64,000 nucleotides of DNA from Actinomycetes bacterium (GTDB lineage: Bacteria > Actinomycetota > Acidimicrobiia > Acidimicrobiales > GCA-2861595), in the NCBI GenBank assembly GCA_023264975.1, contig JAHFUS010000001.1, positions 61,113-125,112 of the forward strand. The letters run 5' to 3'. Position 1 is the first letter of the stretch, and each line of letters opens with the position of its first letter. This document shows positions 28,393 to 38,887 of the stretch, piece after piece. The position numbers and the translations under genes were made by a program. The notes under the pieces were generated by a model. That model searched no databases and had not been told where the DNA came from. It saw only the letters and a list, made by a program, of their open reading frames with translations.

Positions 28393-28501
28393 TCCTCTCC
28401 ATGGTCCTTCCTTGCCTTGTTCCCCTTGGGCACGGAGAACTACCCCTCCCGCGCGGTGGTTCCGCCGCCGTCCCGACGACTGGCTCTGCCGGAGGGCCGG
28501 C

Positions 28502-29572
28502 TCAGTGGGTCTGGACGGGCGCCGTCCGCTCGGCGTCGAGGAGGGCCCGCTTGCGGTCGACGCCCCACCGGTACCCGGCGAGGCCCCCGCCGGCGGCCAC
28601 CACCCGGTGGCACGGGACGACCAGCGCCACCGGGTTGGCCGCGCACGCCGAGGCGACGGCCCGCACGGCCCGGGGTTGACCGATGGCCTCGGCGACCTGG
28701 GTGTACGAGCGGGTCTCCCCGCGCGGGATCTCCCGCAGTGCCCGCCAGACCCGTAGCTGGAAGGCGGTGGCCCGCACGTCGAGGGGCAGGTCAAGGCCGC
28801 CGCCGCCGCCCGCCGCCTCCACCACGGCCGCCGCGGCCGCTTTCAGGCCATCGTCATCGGGCGTGAGCGTGGCGGCAGGGAACTCGGCCCGCAGGGCCGC
28901 CTCCAGCTCGGTCCGGTCGTCGTGGCCCGGGTCGACGAAACGCACGGCGCACACGCCGGCGGCGGTGGCGGCGACCAGCACGGTGCCGAGCGGGCTCGGG
29001 ACGGCAGTGTAGGAGATCTGCTGCGCAGCCCCGCCCCGGCGATAGGTGGCGGGCGGCATGCCGAGCGTCCCGGTGGCGTCCTCGTAGAACGCCCGGGTCG
29101 ACCCGTAGCCGGCGTCGAACAGCGACGCCGTCACGCCGGAGCCGTTGCGCATCCCCGCCTTGGCCCGCTCCAGCCTGGCGGCCGCCGCGTACTGCCTGGG
29201 CGTGCTGCCCACCAGGCGCCTGAACGAGCGCTGCAGGTAGGAGGGACTCAGGCCGACCGCTCCCGCCAGCTCCCCGAGCGACAGCGCCTCACCGGCCTGT
29301 TCGAGCATCCGGCACGCCGCCGCCACGGCCGGCGCGGCCCGACCGGGAGCCGCCCGCCCGGCCGCCTCCGGCCGGCATCGCAGGCAAGGGCGATACCCCC
29401 CGGCCTCGGCGTCGGCCGGCCCGTCGAAGAACTCCACATTGCGCCGCAGCGGCCGCCGTGACGGGCATGACGGCCGGCAGTACACGCCCGTCGAGCGCAC
29501 CGCGTAGACGAAGGCGCCGTCCGCTCCCCCGTCGCGCGCCTCTACCGCCGCCCACTGCTCGTCCTGACTCAT
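28502..29572 (-). CDS. ada: Ada-type bifunctional regulator / O6-methylguanine-DNA methyltransferase
   Basis: N-terminal WAAVEARDGGADGAFVYAVRSTGVYCRPSCPSR (Ada Zn domain), an AraC-type HTH middle, and a C-terminal MGMT domain with PCHRVV. Confidence 0.85.
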   Translation of the reverse strand: MSQDEQWAAVEARDGGADGAFVYAVRSTGVYCRPSCPSRRPLRRNVEFFDGPADAEAGGYRPCLRCRPEAAGRAAPGRAAPAVAAACRMLEQAGEALSLGELAGAVGLSPSYLQRSFRRLVGSTPRQYAAAARLERAKAGMRNGSGVTASLFDAGYGSTRAFYEDATGTLGMPPATYRRGGAAQQISYTAVPSPLGTVLVAATAAGVCAVRFVDPGHDDRTELEAALRAEFPAATLTPDDDGLKAAAAAVVEAAGGGGGLDLPLDVRATAFQLRVWRALREIPRGETRSYTQVAEAIGQPRAVRAVASACAANPVALVVPCHRVVAAGGGLAGYRWGVDRKRALLDAERTAPVQTH

Positions 29573-29808
29573 AGGACGAAGGTACGGCAGCCGGGCGCGC
29601 CCGGCCATCCGCATCGTGCCCTCGAACTCGGGCGGTCTTCCCTGACGGTTCATGTCCGCGCCACCTCGATGACGAAGGGCCGACGACTCGGCTCCGTACC
29701 GTCGCGAACGCACGCCCCCACCGGATCGGAGCCGATTGTGACCATCGCCGTGGCCAACGAGACCTCCGGCACGTTGAGCCTGTGGTCCACGGGATTGTGA
29801 CGAAACGG

Positions 29809-31392
29809 CTAGGCGCCCCGCCGCTCGTGCCACTCGTCGGCCGGGAGGGGGGGCGCACCGTCGGACAACTCGAGCCGGCGGCGGAAGACCTGCTCGAACA
29901 GTGACCGCTTCCGGCGGGCCCCCCACAGGTCCAGTTCCACGTCGCCGGTCGTCCGCAGACGCAGTTCGATCCGGTCGTCCTCCACCACCACGTCGACGCC
30001 GTCGACCGTGCCGGCGTGGCCCCGGTCCAGCCCGTCGGCCACCTGGAGCAGGGCGGTGAGCGTGAAGACGCCGTCCCTCGCCTCGCCGTCCATCGCCGCG
30101 AACGGCTCGAACGACGTCTTTGGTTCGCCCTGACGGTGGTAGCGGCCGATGGTGGCCAGCACCGCCACCTCCTCGGGCTTGAACCCCCGGAGCTGCCCGT
30201 GCTGGATGAGGTAGGCGGTGTGCTTGTGATGGGACTCGCCCGACACGTGCTCGCCGATGTCGTGCAGCAGGGCGGCGTGCTCCAGCAGGTCACGGTGGTA
30301 AGCCCCGAGGCCGTGCAGGGAGGCGGTCTGGTCGAACAGGGACAGTGCCACCTTCGCCACCTGCCGGGAGTGGACCTCCCGCCACCCGCAGCGCTGGCAC
30401 AGGTCGAGCACGGAGGCGGCACGCATGAGGCGGGGGTCGCCGGACAGTTCCCCGCCCTGATGCCGGCGCATCTCCTCCAGGACCATGCCTTCGCGCAGGG
30501 CCCAGGTGCCCACGACCATCTCCTCGGCGCCGAACAGCTCCAGCGCCACCACGGCGAGCAGGGAGCCGGCGGGGGCCAGCTCGGCCCGCCGGGCGTCGAG
30601 CCCGGGGATGCGGCGGCGGGCCGCCAGCGGGAGCGAAGACAACTGCTCGTGCACCTGTTCGATCGCCACCCGGCTCACATGGTGCTGGTTGATGGAGATG
30701 GGCACGGCGCCCGTCTCCGCCGCGACGGCCACTCGGGCCAGGTCGCACAGCGTGCCGCTGGTGCCCACCAGGAGTTTCGGAGCGAACCGGGCGACGACAT
30801 CGGCCACCGGCCCGAGGACGGCCTCGACGCGCTTGCGCAGGCGGCGCAGGTCGCCCGGGCGCAACGGGTCGGACAGGTCGGAGCGGACGAGCTCCGCCGT
30901 GAGCCGTGCCACCCCGAGCTTCAGGCTGGTGGCCCAGGCCAGCTCGGTGGAGTCGCCGACCATCACCTCGAGGCTGCCCCCGCCGAGATCCATGCACACG
31001 GCGGGTCCGGGATCGATGAGGACACTGGCCTGCACAGCCCGGAAGATGAGGGCGGCCTCCTCGGTGCCGCTGATCACCCGCACGCGCACGCCGGTATCCG
31101 CCGCCAGGCGGTCGACCAGTTCGGCGCCGTTGTCGGCCTCCCGGATGGCGCTCGTGGCGCAGGCCACGAACTCGTCGGCGCCCGCCCCCTCGGCGAGGGA
31201 CAGAAAGCGCCGCACGGCGTCGACGGCGCCGGCGCACGCCTCGTCCGTGAGCCGGCCGTGGCGGGCGACCACGTCCCCCAGGCGCAGCATCTCCTTCTCC
31301 CGGAACAGCCGGTCGAACGACCCGTCGGGGTGGGCGTCGGCGACCAGGAGATGGAACGAGTTGCTGCCCAGGTCCAAGGCGGCGATGCGCAC
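29809..31392 (-). CDS. ppx: Exopolyphosphatase / pppGpp phosphohydrolase (Ppx/GppA) with HD domain
   Basis: VRIAALDLGSNSFHLLVA.., MDLGGGSLEV, and a C-terminal HD region LLHDIGEHVS..HHKH. GTG at 31392 is preferred over the ORF-track start 31545. Confidence 0.85.
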   Translation of the reverse strand: MRIAALDLGSNSFHLLVADAHPDGSFDRLFREKEMLRLGDVVARHGRLTDEACAGAVDAVRRFLSLAEGAGADEFVACATSAIREADNGAELVDRLAADTGVRVRVISGTEEAALIFRAVQASVLIDPGPAVCMDLGGGSLEVMVGDSTELAWATSLKLGVARLTAELVRSDLSDPLRPGDLRRLRKRVEAVLGPVADVVARFAPKLLVGTSGTLCDLARVAVAAETGAVPISINQHHVSRVAIEQVHEQLSSLPLAARRRIPGLDARRAELAPAGSLLAVVALELFGAEEMVVGTWALREGMVLEEMRRHQGGELSGDPRLMRAASVLDLCQRCGWREVHSRQVAKVALSLFDQTASLHGLGAYHRDLLEHAALLHDIGEHVSGESHHKHTAYLIQHGQLRGFKPEEVAVLATIGRYHRQGEPKTSFEPFAAMDGEARDGVFTLTALLQVADGLDRGHAGTVDGVDVVVEDDRIELRLRTTGDVELDLWGARRKRSLFEQVFRRRLELSDGAPPLPADEWHERRGA

Positions 31393-31473
31393 CTTGAGCA
31401 GCGTAGATGCGGTCGAAGCAAGCGCGACACCATCGGACGCGGCAGCAGAAATGTCGCCCTCCCGGCACCTGAT

Positions 31474-31506
31474 GTTCGGCTTTCGTTCATCTCCTGTCCA
31501 TCTCCC
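31474..31506 (+). promoter_or_regulatory. PHO-box-like site: three consecutive 11-nt direct repeats upstream of pstS
   Basis: GTTCGGCTTTC GTTCATCTCCT GTCCATCTCCC ends 72 nt upstream of the pstS ATG, in the ppx/pstS divergent region. It matches the G(G/T)TCAYYY core of actinobacterial PhoP-type direct-repeat units. Confidence 0.6.
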
Positions 31507-31577
31507 GGCGATCCGCCCGTCAGACGTCGCTCCTAGGGTGCGCAACGACCGATCACCACAGGAGGCCGTTCATCCCC

Positions 31578-32567
<990 letters not shown>

Positions 32568-32633
32568 CAGCCCGACGAGGAACGGCCGGGTCGGCGATGG
32601 ACCGCCCCGGCTACGATCCCCGCTGTCCCGGCC

Positions 32634-33575
32634 ATGGCGACTTCTCCTCCGCGCCCTCACCTGAGCATCACCACCAGGCGGTCGCGTCCTGGCGAGCGGG
32701 TGATCGTCGGGTTCCTGAGCGTCTGCGCCCTCCTTTCGGTCCTGGTCACGGTCGGCATCCTGGCCGTGCTCCTCGAGGAGGCCGTCCACTTCTTCGCTGC
32801 GGTGCCGATCTGGGACTTCCTCACCGGCACCACCTGGGCGCCCGGCGGCGGGAGCGGCGCGGCGGGTGACTACGGGGTGCTCCCGCTCCTAAGCGGCTCG
32901 CTGATGATCGCCGCCGGGGCGCTGCTGGTCGGGCTGCCGCTCGGGCTGGCCACGGCCATCTACCTGTCGGAGTATGCCCGGCCCCGGGTCCGGGCCGTGG
33001 TGAAGCCCACGCTCGAGGTGCTGGCGGGCGTCCCCACGGTGGTCGTGGGCTTCTTCGCCCTCAACTTCATCACGCCGACCCTGCTCCGGCCCCTGTTCGG
33101 GGAGGACCGCGTGTTCATCTTCAACGCCGCCGCCGGCGCCGTCGCTGTCGGCCTCATGGTGATCCCGCTGATCGCCTCGATCAGCGAGGACGCCATGCGG
33201 GCCGTCCCCCAGTCGCTGCGGGAGGCCGCCTTCGGGATGGGGGCGAGCAAGCGGGTCGTCTCGCTCCGGGTGGTTGTGCCCGCCGCGCTGTCCGGCATCG
33301 CCGCCTCGGTCATCGTCGGCCTGTCGCGTGCCGTGGGCGAGACCATGGCCGTCACCATCGCGGCCGGCAACACCCCCCGGCTCACCACCGATTTCTTCGC
33401 CTCCATCCAGACCCTCACCGCGTACATCGCCCAGACGGTGAGCGGGGAGGCGGCGGCCGGCACCGTGCGGTACCAGTCCTTATTCGCAGTCGGCATCACG
33501 CTCTTCGCCATCACGCTGACCATGAACCTGGTGAGCATCCGGCTCGTCCGCCGCTTCCGCCAGGCATACCAGTGA
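32634..33575 (+). CDS. pstC: Phosphate ABC transporter permease PstC
   Basis: Six TM helices and the EAA-like loop SISEDAMRAVPQSLREAAFGMGASK. Confidence 0.9.
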   Translation: MATSPPRPHLSITTRRSRPGERVIVGFLSVCALLSVLVTVGILAVLLEEAVHFFAAVPIWDFLTGTTWAPGGGSGAAGDYGVLPLLSGSLMIAAGALLVGLPLGLATAIYLSEYARPRVRAVVKPTLEVLAGVPTVVVGFFALNFITPTLLRPLFGEDRVFIFNAAAGAVAVGLMVIPLIASISEDAMRAVPQSLREAAFGMGASKRVVSLRVVVPAALSGIAASVIVGLSRAVGETMAVTIAAGNTPRLTTDFFASIQTLTAYIAQTVSGEAAAGTVRYQSLFAVGITLFAITLTMNLVSIRLVRRFRQAYQ

Positions 33576-34480
33576 CGGCATCGACCGCGGGCACGCCACC
33601 CGCCGCCCTGCGCAGGGGCTCGAGCCGCTCGTCGCTCGGCCTCCTGCTCGACGCCGTCTACAGCGGCGCCCTGTTCCTCGGCACGTTCCTCGGCGTGATG
33701 GCCCTCGGGCTGCTGCTCTGGACGATCTACGACCGGGGCTGGGACCGCCTGGCCACCGACCCGGGCGCCTTCCTCACAAACTTCGTCTCCCGCTTCCCCG
33801 CCCGCGCCGGCATCAAGGCCGCCCTCTACGGCTCGCTGTGGCTGATGGGCCTCACCGCCGCCTTCAGCTTCCCGGTGGGCGTGGGCGCCGCCATCTACCT
33901 CGAGGAGTTCGCCCCGAAGAACAGGCTGACCAACTTCGTCGAGGCCAACATCTCCAACCTGGCCGGGGTGCCGTCGGTCGTCTTCGGGATCCTCGGCCTC
34001 GGGATCTTCGTGCGCCTCATGGGCATGGGACCGAGCCTGCTGGCCGGCGGCCTCACCCTGGCCGTGATGAGCCTGCCGGTCATCATCATCACCTGCCGCG
34101 AGTCCCTGCGGGCCGTCCCCGACTCCATCCGCCTGGCCGCCTACGCCCTGGGCGCCACCAAGTGGCAGGCGGTGCGCCACCACGTGCTCCCGGCCGCCAT
34201 GCCCGGCACCCTCACCGGGGCGATCCTCTCGCTCTCCCGGGCTGTGGGCGAAACCGCTCCCCTCCTGGTCATCGGCGCCGCAGTGGCCATCTTCAAGACG
34301 CCCGACGACGTGAGCGACCCCTTCAGCGCACTGCCCGTGCTGATCTTCAACTGGACGGGGCGCCCGCAACCGGCGTTCGCCGAGGCGGCAGCGGCGGCCA
34401 GTATCGTCCTGCTGGCCATGCTGCTGGCGATGAACGCCGTCGCCATCTTCCTCCGTAACCGCTACACGACCAGGTGGTGA
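33572..34480 (+). CDS. pstA: Phosphate ABC transporter permease PstA
   Basis: 4-nt overlap with pst[28 protein letters not shown]. Confidence 0.9.
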   Translation: MTASTAGTPPAALRRGSSRSSLGLLLDAVYSGALFLGTFLGVMALGLLLWTIYDRGWDRLATDPGAFLTNFVSRFPARAGIKAALYGSLWLMGLTAAFSFPVGVGAAIYLEEFAPKNRLTNFVEANISNLAGVPSVVFGILGLGIFVRLMGMGPSLLAGGLTLAVMSLPVIIITCRESLRAVPDSIRLAAYALGATKWQAVRHHVLPAAMPGTLTGAILSLSRAVGETAPLLVIGAAVAIFKTPDDVSDPFSALPVLIFNWTGRPQPAFAEAAAAASIVLLAMLLAMNAVAIFLRNRYTTRW

Positions 34481-34517
34481 ACCCATACCCGAGCCCCAGG
34501 CTGCGGCGAGCCCGGCC

Positions 34518-35384
34518 GTGAGCGAAAGAGACATCGAGGCCGGGCCGACGCGTCGGCCCGAGGTACCTCCCCCCCACGTCGCCACCGATGCCGAGGTCCC
34601 CACGGAAACGATCTTCCGCATCCGGGACCTGGACTTCTTCTACGGCTCCTACCGCGCCATCCGCGACGTGCACATGGACGTGGCCGGCAACCAGATCACG
34701 GCCATGATCGGGCCCTCGGGCTGCGGAAAGAGCACATTCATCCGCTGTCTGAACCGGATGAACGACCTCATCCCGGGCACCAGGGTCGACGGGTCTATCG
34801 ATTACCACGGCCAGGATCTCTACGGGCCCGACGTCGACGCCATCGAGGTGCGGCGGCGGATCGGCATGGTGTTCCAGAAGCCCAACCCGTTCCCGAAGTC
34901 GATCTACGACAACGTGGCCTTCGGGCCCAGGGTCAACGGTCACAAGGTGGCGAGCATGGACGACCTGGTCGAGGAGTCCCTGCGCAAGGCGGCCCTGTGG
35001 GACGAGGTGAAAGACAAGATTAAAAAGAGCGCCTTCTCGTTGTCCGGCGGCCAGCAGCAGCGCCTGTGCATCGCCCGCTGCATCGCCGTGAAGCCGGAGG
35101 TGATCCTCATGGACGAGCCCTGCTCCGCCCTCGATCCCCTGGCCACCAACCGCATCGAGGAGCTCATGATCGAGCTCAAGCGCGACTACACGATCGTTAT
35201 CGTCACCCACAACATGCAGCAGGCAGCCCGCGTGTCGGATCGCACCGCCTTCTTCACCGCCGAGGTGAGCAACGAGGGCCGTGAGCGCACCGGCGTGCTC
35301 GTCGAGTTCGACCGCACCGAGAAGATCTTCACCGCCCCCACCGACCGTCGTACCGAGGACTACATCACCGGTCGGTTCGGCTAG
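34518..35384 (+). CDS. pstB: Phosphate import ATP-binding protein PstB
   Basis: [51 protein letters not shown], and C-terminal [10 protein letters not shown]. Confidence 0.95.
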   Translation: MSERDIEAGPTRRPEVPPPHVATDAEVPTETIFRIRDLDFFYGSYRAIRDVHMDVAGNQITAMIGPSGCGKSTFIRCLNRMNDLIPGTRVDGSIDYHGQDLYGPDVDAIEVRRRIGMVFQKPNPFPKSIYDNVAFGPRVNGHKVASMDDLVEESLRKAALWDEVKDKIKKSAFSLSGGQQQRLCIARCIAVKPEVILMDEPCSALDPLATNRIEELMIELKRDYTIVIVTHNMQQAARVSDRTAFFTAEVSNEGRERTGVLVEFDRTEKIFTAPTDRRTEDYITGRFG

Positions 35385-35402
35385 GCCGTCGGGCCGTTGC
35401 GG

Positions 35403-36116
35403 CTACTCCGAGCCGATGGTGGGTAGCGTCTCGGCACTGCCCTCGTCGGCGTCCGTCCCGTCCTCGCGCCACACCCCGGTGACCATGAAGCGCACCCGTG
35501 CGCTCACGTTGACGGCGTGGTCGGCGATGCGCTCGAAGTAGCGCCCGACGAGCGCCACCTGGACGGCACGCTGGAGGGCCGCCTCGTCCATGGCCCCGCC
35601 GGTGAAGATGGACCGGAACAGCGACTTCTGGAGGTCGTCCATCACGTCGTCCATGTCCTCGATGGCGGCCGCCTGGGCGAGGTCGCCGTCCTCGAAGGCG
35701 GTGATGGCCAGGCGCATCTGCTCGGCCGCCTGCGCCCCCATGCGCTCGATCAGGCCCCGGACCTTGGGGTCGAGCCCGTACGGGTACAGCCGGCGGGTGG
35801 CCTTGGCCACGTTCACCATGAGGTCGCCGCACCGCTCCACCTCGTGGATCACCCGCAGGATCGCCACGATGGCCCGCAGGTCACGGGCCATGGGGTTCTG
35901 GCGGGCCAGGAGGACGTACGCCTCCTCCTCGATGGCGTACGTGAGCTCGTCCATCTCCCGGTCGGCGGCGACCAGACGCTCGGCCGCTTTGAGGTCGGCT
36001 TCGAGCAGGGCGGCGGTGCCGGACCCGACCGCCTCGATCGCCATGGCCGCCAGCCGCACGGTCTCGGCCTTCATCGCTTCAAGCTGCTCGTGGTACCGCC
36101 GTCGTGTGTCGACCAT
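35403..36116 (-). CDS. phoU: PhoU family phosphate-signalling regulator (copy 1)
   Basis: Two PhoU repeats with EVERCGDLMVNV and YFERIADHAVNV. Convergent with pstB. Confidence 0.85.
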   Translation of the reverse strand: MVDTRRRYHEQLEAMKAETVRLAAMAIEAVGSGTAALLEADLKAAERLVAADREMDELTYAIEEEAYVLLARQNPMARDLRAIVAILRVIHEVERCGDLMVNVAKATRRLYPYGLDPKVRGLIERMGAQAAEQMRLAITAFEDGDLAQAAAIEDMDDVMDDLQKSLFRSIFTGGAMDEAALQRAVQVALVGRYFERIADHAVNVSARVRFMVTGVWREDGTDADEGSAETLPTIGSE

Positions 36117-36155
36117 CGCCCGCCAAGTCTCGCAGAAGCCGGCGAGCGACCGTGC

Positions 36156-36866
36156 CTACCCGGTCGGTGCCTTCTCGTAGCGGTACCCGAGCCCTCGGAT
36201 CGTGATGATGCGCTGGGGATTGGACGGGTCCTGCTCCAGCTTGGACCGGAGCCGCTTGATGTGGACGTCGAGGGTCTTGGTGTCCCCCACGTAGTTCGAC
36301 CCCCACACGCGGTCGATGAGCAGGTCGCGGGTGAGGACCCGTCCGGCGTTGTCGAGGAGGATCTCGAGCAGATCGAACTCCTTGAGCGGGAGGGCGACCT
36401 GGTCCCCGCGGATCGTCACCTCGTGACGCTCGGGGTCGAGGCGCACGTCGCCGACCTCAACCACGGAGTCGCCGCCGGAGTCGGTGTCCTGGCGCGGCGC
36501 CCGACGAAGCACGGCCCGCATCCGGGCCACCAGCTCCCGCAGGCGGTACGGCTTGGTGACGTAGTCGTCCGCCCCCACCTCGAGGCCGACCACCGTGTCG
36601 ATCTCGGACCCCTTGGCCGTCACCATGATGATCGGTGTGCGCGACCGGCTGCGGATCTCCCGGCACACGTCCACGCCCGACAGGCTGGGCAACATGACGT
36701 CGAGCAGCACCAGGTCCGGGCGCACCGCGTCGAATACGGCCAGGGCGGTGATCCCGTCCCGGGCCACGTGGACCAGGAAGCCCTCGCGCTTCAGTCCGAG
36801 CATGAGGGCCTCCACGAACGAGTCCTCGTCCTCCACGATCAGCACGGACGGTTGGGTGTCTGCCAT
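36156..36866 (-). CDS. regX3: OmpR-family response regulator, RegX3/PhoP type
   Basis: SVLIVEDEDSF..DLVLLDVMLPSLSGVDVCREIRSRSRTPIIMVTAKGSEIDTVVGLEVGADDYVTKPY.. is close to mycobacterial RegX3 as I remember it. The C-terminus is a winged helix. Confidence 0.85.
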   Translation of the reverse strand: MADTQPSVLIVEDEDSFVEALMLGLKREGFLVHVARDGITALAVFDAVRPDLVLLDVMLPSLSGVDVCREIRSRSRTPIIMVTAKGSEIDTVVGLEVGADDYVTKPYRLRELVARMRAVLRRAPRQDTDSGGDSVVEVGDVRLDPERHEVTIRGDQVALPLKEFDLLEILLDNAGRVLTRDLLIDRVWGSNYVGDTKTLDVHIKRLRSKLEQDPSNPQRIITIRGLGYRYEKAPTG

Positions 36867-36879
36867 GTCGCTCCAGTCG

Positions 36880-38109
36880 TCAGCTTGCGTCGGCCACCAG
36901 GGCGACCGGCCCGGGCTCTGCGGGGAGACGAAGGGTGAAGGTCGACCCCTCGCCCTCCACCGATTCGACCAGGACATCCCCGCCGTGGTTCGAGGCGATG
37001 TGGCGGACGATGGACAGGCCCAATCCGGTGCCGCCGGTATCGCGCCCGCGCCCGCGGTCTACGCGGTAGAAGCGCTCGAAGATCCGGTCGAGGTCCCGGG
37101 AGGGGATGCCGATGCCGTGGTCCCGCACGAGCAGCTCGATGCTGCTCCCGTCTGTGACCGGGAGGACGTGGACGGTGGAGCCGTCGTCGGAGTACTTCAC
37201 CGCGTTCTCCAGCAGGTTGGCCATGGCCGACACGAGCTGGCGGCGGTCGCCGCGGACCGACCACGTGTGCGGAACGGGATCGACGGCAAGGCGCACAGCC
37301 CGCAGCCCGGCCGAGGGCAGGACCTGCTCGACCGCTTGGGCGACGACCTCGTGCACCCGCACCGTCTCCTGGCGCGTGGTCTCCTCCGCCTCGAGGCGGC
37401 TGAGGTCGAGCAGGTCGTCAATGATGCGGGCGACACGGAACGCCTCGTTCTCCATCCGCTCGGCCAGCCTCTGGACGACGGCGTGGTCGTCCTCGCCCAC
37501 GAGCGTCTCGGCCAGGAGCCCGAGAGCCGCCACCGGCGTCTTGAGCTCGTGGCTCACGTTGGCCACGAAGTCGCGGCGCACGGCGTCGAGCCGCTTACGA
37601 TCGGACACATCCTCCACGGTCACCGCCGCCGCCCCGTTCTCGAGCGGCACAGCCGTGAGCGTAAGCGTCCGCCTCGGGGGGCCGTAGAGGTCGAGCGGAC
37701 GGGTCTCGATCTTGCCGGCCGCCGCTTCGGCCAGGAGGTCCGACAGGGCCCGCCAGGCCAGGGCGTCGGAGGCGCGGGTGCCGAGCAGCTGGTCGGCTGC
37801 CTCGTTGCGGAACAGCACCCGCCCGTCGTCCGCCGTGACCACCACACCGAGGGGCAGCGCCTCGAGTGCGCCGCCGAGGGACCGGGCCAGGTGGAGCGCC
37901 TCCAGCGACCGGTCGACCGCGCTCGTGGCCGCTCGGGACAGGTAGGCCACGGTGTCGGCCGGCAGCGGCTCGTCATCCGCAGGTTCGAGGCGGGCGGCGA
38001 TGGCGAGCATGTGTTCCCGGAGGAGGCGTTGGCGCCGGGCCTGCCGGAGGGACAGCCAGGCGAGCGCCCCGCACGCAAGCGCGGTGACACAGCCGAACAG
38101 GAGCTGCAC
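36880..38109 (-). CDS. senX3: Sensor histidine kinase, SenX3/PhoR type
   Basis: One N-terminal TM, a PAS-like segment (DDGRVLFRNEAADQLLG), H-box FVANVSHELKTP, N box LLENAVKYS, and G boxes DHGIGIP and GTGLGLSIV. Confidence 0.85.
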   Translation of the reverse strand: MQLLFGCVTALACGALAWLSLRQARRQRLLREHMLAIAARLEPADDEPLPADTVAYLSRAATSAVDRSLEALHLARSLGGALEALPLGVVVTADDGRVLFRNEAADQLLGTRASDALAWRALSDLLAEAAAGKIETRPLDLYGPPRRTLTLTAVPLENGAAAVTVEDVSDRKRLDAVRRDFVANVSHELKTPVAALGLLAETLVGEDDHAVVQRLAERMENEAFRVARIIDDLLDLSRLEAEETTRQETVRVHEVVAQAVEQVLPSAGLRAVRLAVDPVPHTWSVRGDRRQLVSAMANLLENAVKYSDDGSTVHVLPVTDGSSIELLVRDHGIGIPSRDLDRIFERFYRVDRGRGRDTGGTGLGLSIVRHIASNHGGDVLVESVEGEGSTFTLRLPAEPGPVALVADAS

Positions 38110-38171
38110 ATGCCGACCTTAGGCGAGACACCGAGGGCGGAGCCAAGCCGCGCGGGGGGCTCCGGCCCACT

Positions 38172-38204
38172 GTTCACCTCCCATTCACCCGTCGGTCGCC
38201 TGGG
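38172..38204 (+). promoter_or_regulatory. PHO-box-like site: three 11-nt direct repeats in the senX3/phoU2 divergent intergenic region
   Basis: GTTCACCTCCC ATTCACCCGTC GGTCGCCTGGG ends 45 nt upstream of the phoU2 ATG and begins 63 nt from the senX3 start codon. Confidence 0.6.
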
Positions 38205-38248
38205 GACCGCTCCGTGCCCCCGCAGCCGAAATAGGGTGCAACCACTTC

Positions 38249-38887
38249 ATGGGTGAGCCCACCAGGACAGCGTTCGACAGAGAGCTGACCGAGCTCGACA
38301 ACAAGGTCGTCTGGCTCGCCGCCCAAGTGTGCGAGGCCCTCGGCGCCACGGCCGAGGCGCTCACCGGCGGCGACGACGATGTCGCCGCTTCGGTGCTCGC
38401 CGGCCACGCCGCCATCGACGCAGGTACCCGCCAGTGCGAGGCGCGCGCCTTCGAGGTGCTGGCCCGCCAGCAGCCGGCCGCCGGGGACCTGCGACTGCTC
38501 GTCACCGTCGTCCGCCTCACCCACGAGCTGGAACGGTCGGCCAAGCTGGTGAAGCACGTCGCCGGCTTCGCTGCACGCCCCCACATCCCCCTGCCGCCCA
38601 GGGTCAGTGCCATTCTCGGCCAGATGGCAGACGAGGCCCACCGGCTGTTCCAGGGCGCCATCGAGGCGTACGTGGCGCGCGACGTCCAGCAGGCAGAGGC
38701 GTTGGACGTGTGGGACGACCGCCTCGACGACATGCACCGGCGTCTCCTGGCCGAGCTGTTCGCTACTCCGCCCCCGCTCGCCACCACCATCGAACTGGTC
38801 CTCGTGGGCAGGTATCTCGAGCGGGTCGCCGACCACGCCGTGCTCATGGGCGAGCGGGTCCGCTATCTGGTGACGGGTGAGCTGTGA
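38249..38887 (+). CDS. PhoU family protein (copy 2)
   Basis: PhoU two-repeat architecture. The second motif YLERVADHAVLM is intact; the first reads ELERSAKLVKHV (Asp replaced). Confidence 0.8.
   Translation: MGEPTRTAFDRELTELDNKVVWLAAQVCEALGATAEALTGGDDDVAASVLAGHAAIDAGTRQCEARAFEVLARQQPAAGDLRLLVTVVRLTHELERSAKLVKHVAGFAARPHIPLPPRVSAILGQMADEAHRLFQGAIEAYVARDVQQAEALDVWDDRLDDMHRRLLAELFATPPPLATTIELVLVGRYLERVADHAVLMGERVRYLVTGEL

Noticed and set aside
29573-29926. N-terminal extension of the Ada ORF (to 29926), and likewise the extensions of the Ppx (31393-31545), PhoH2 (24465-24545) and RegX3 (36867-36977) ORFs
   Set aside because: The family N-termini (Ada Zn domain, Ppx DLGSNS, PIN, receiver domain) start at the internal start codons. 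The extensions are compositionally non-coding.
32568-32633. Possible attenuator hairpin after pstS
   Set aside because: There is only a 6-bp GC stem with a roughly 16-nt loop, which is not distinguishable from background in this GC-rich sequence.
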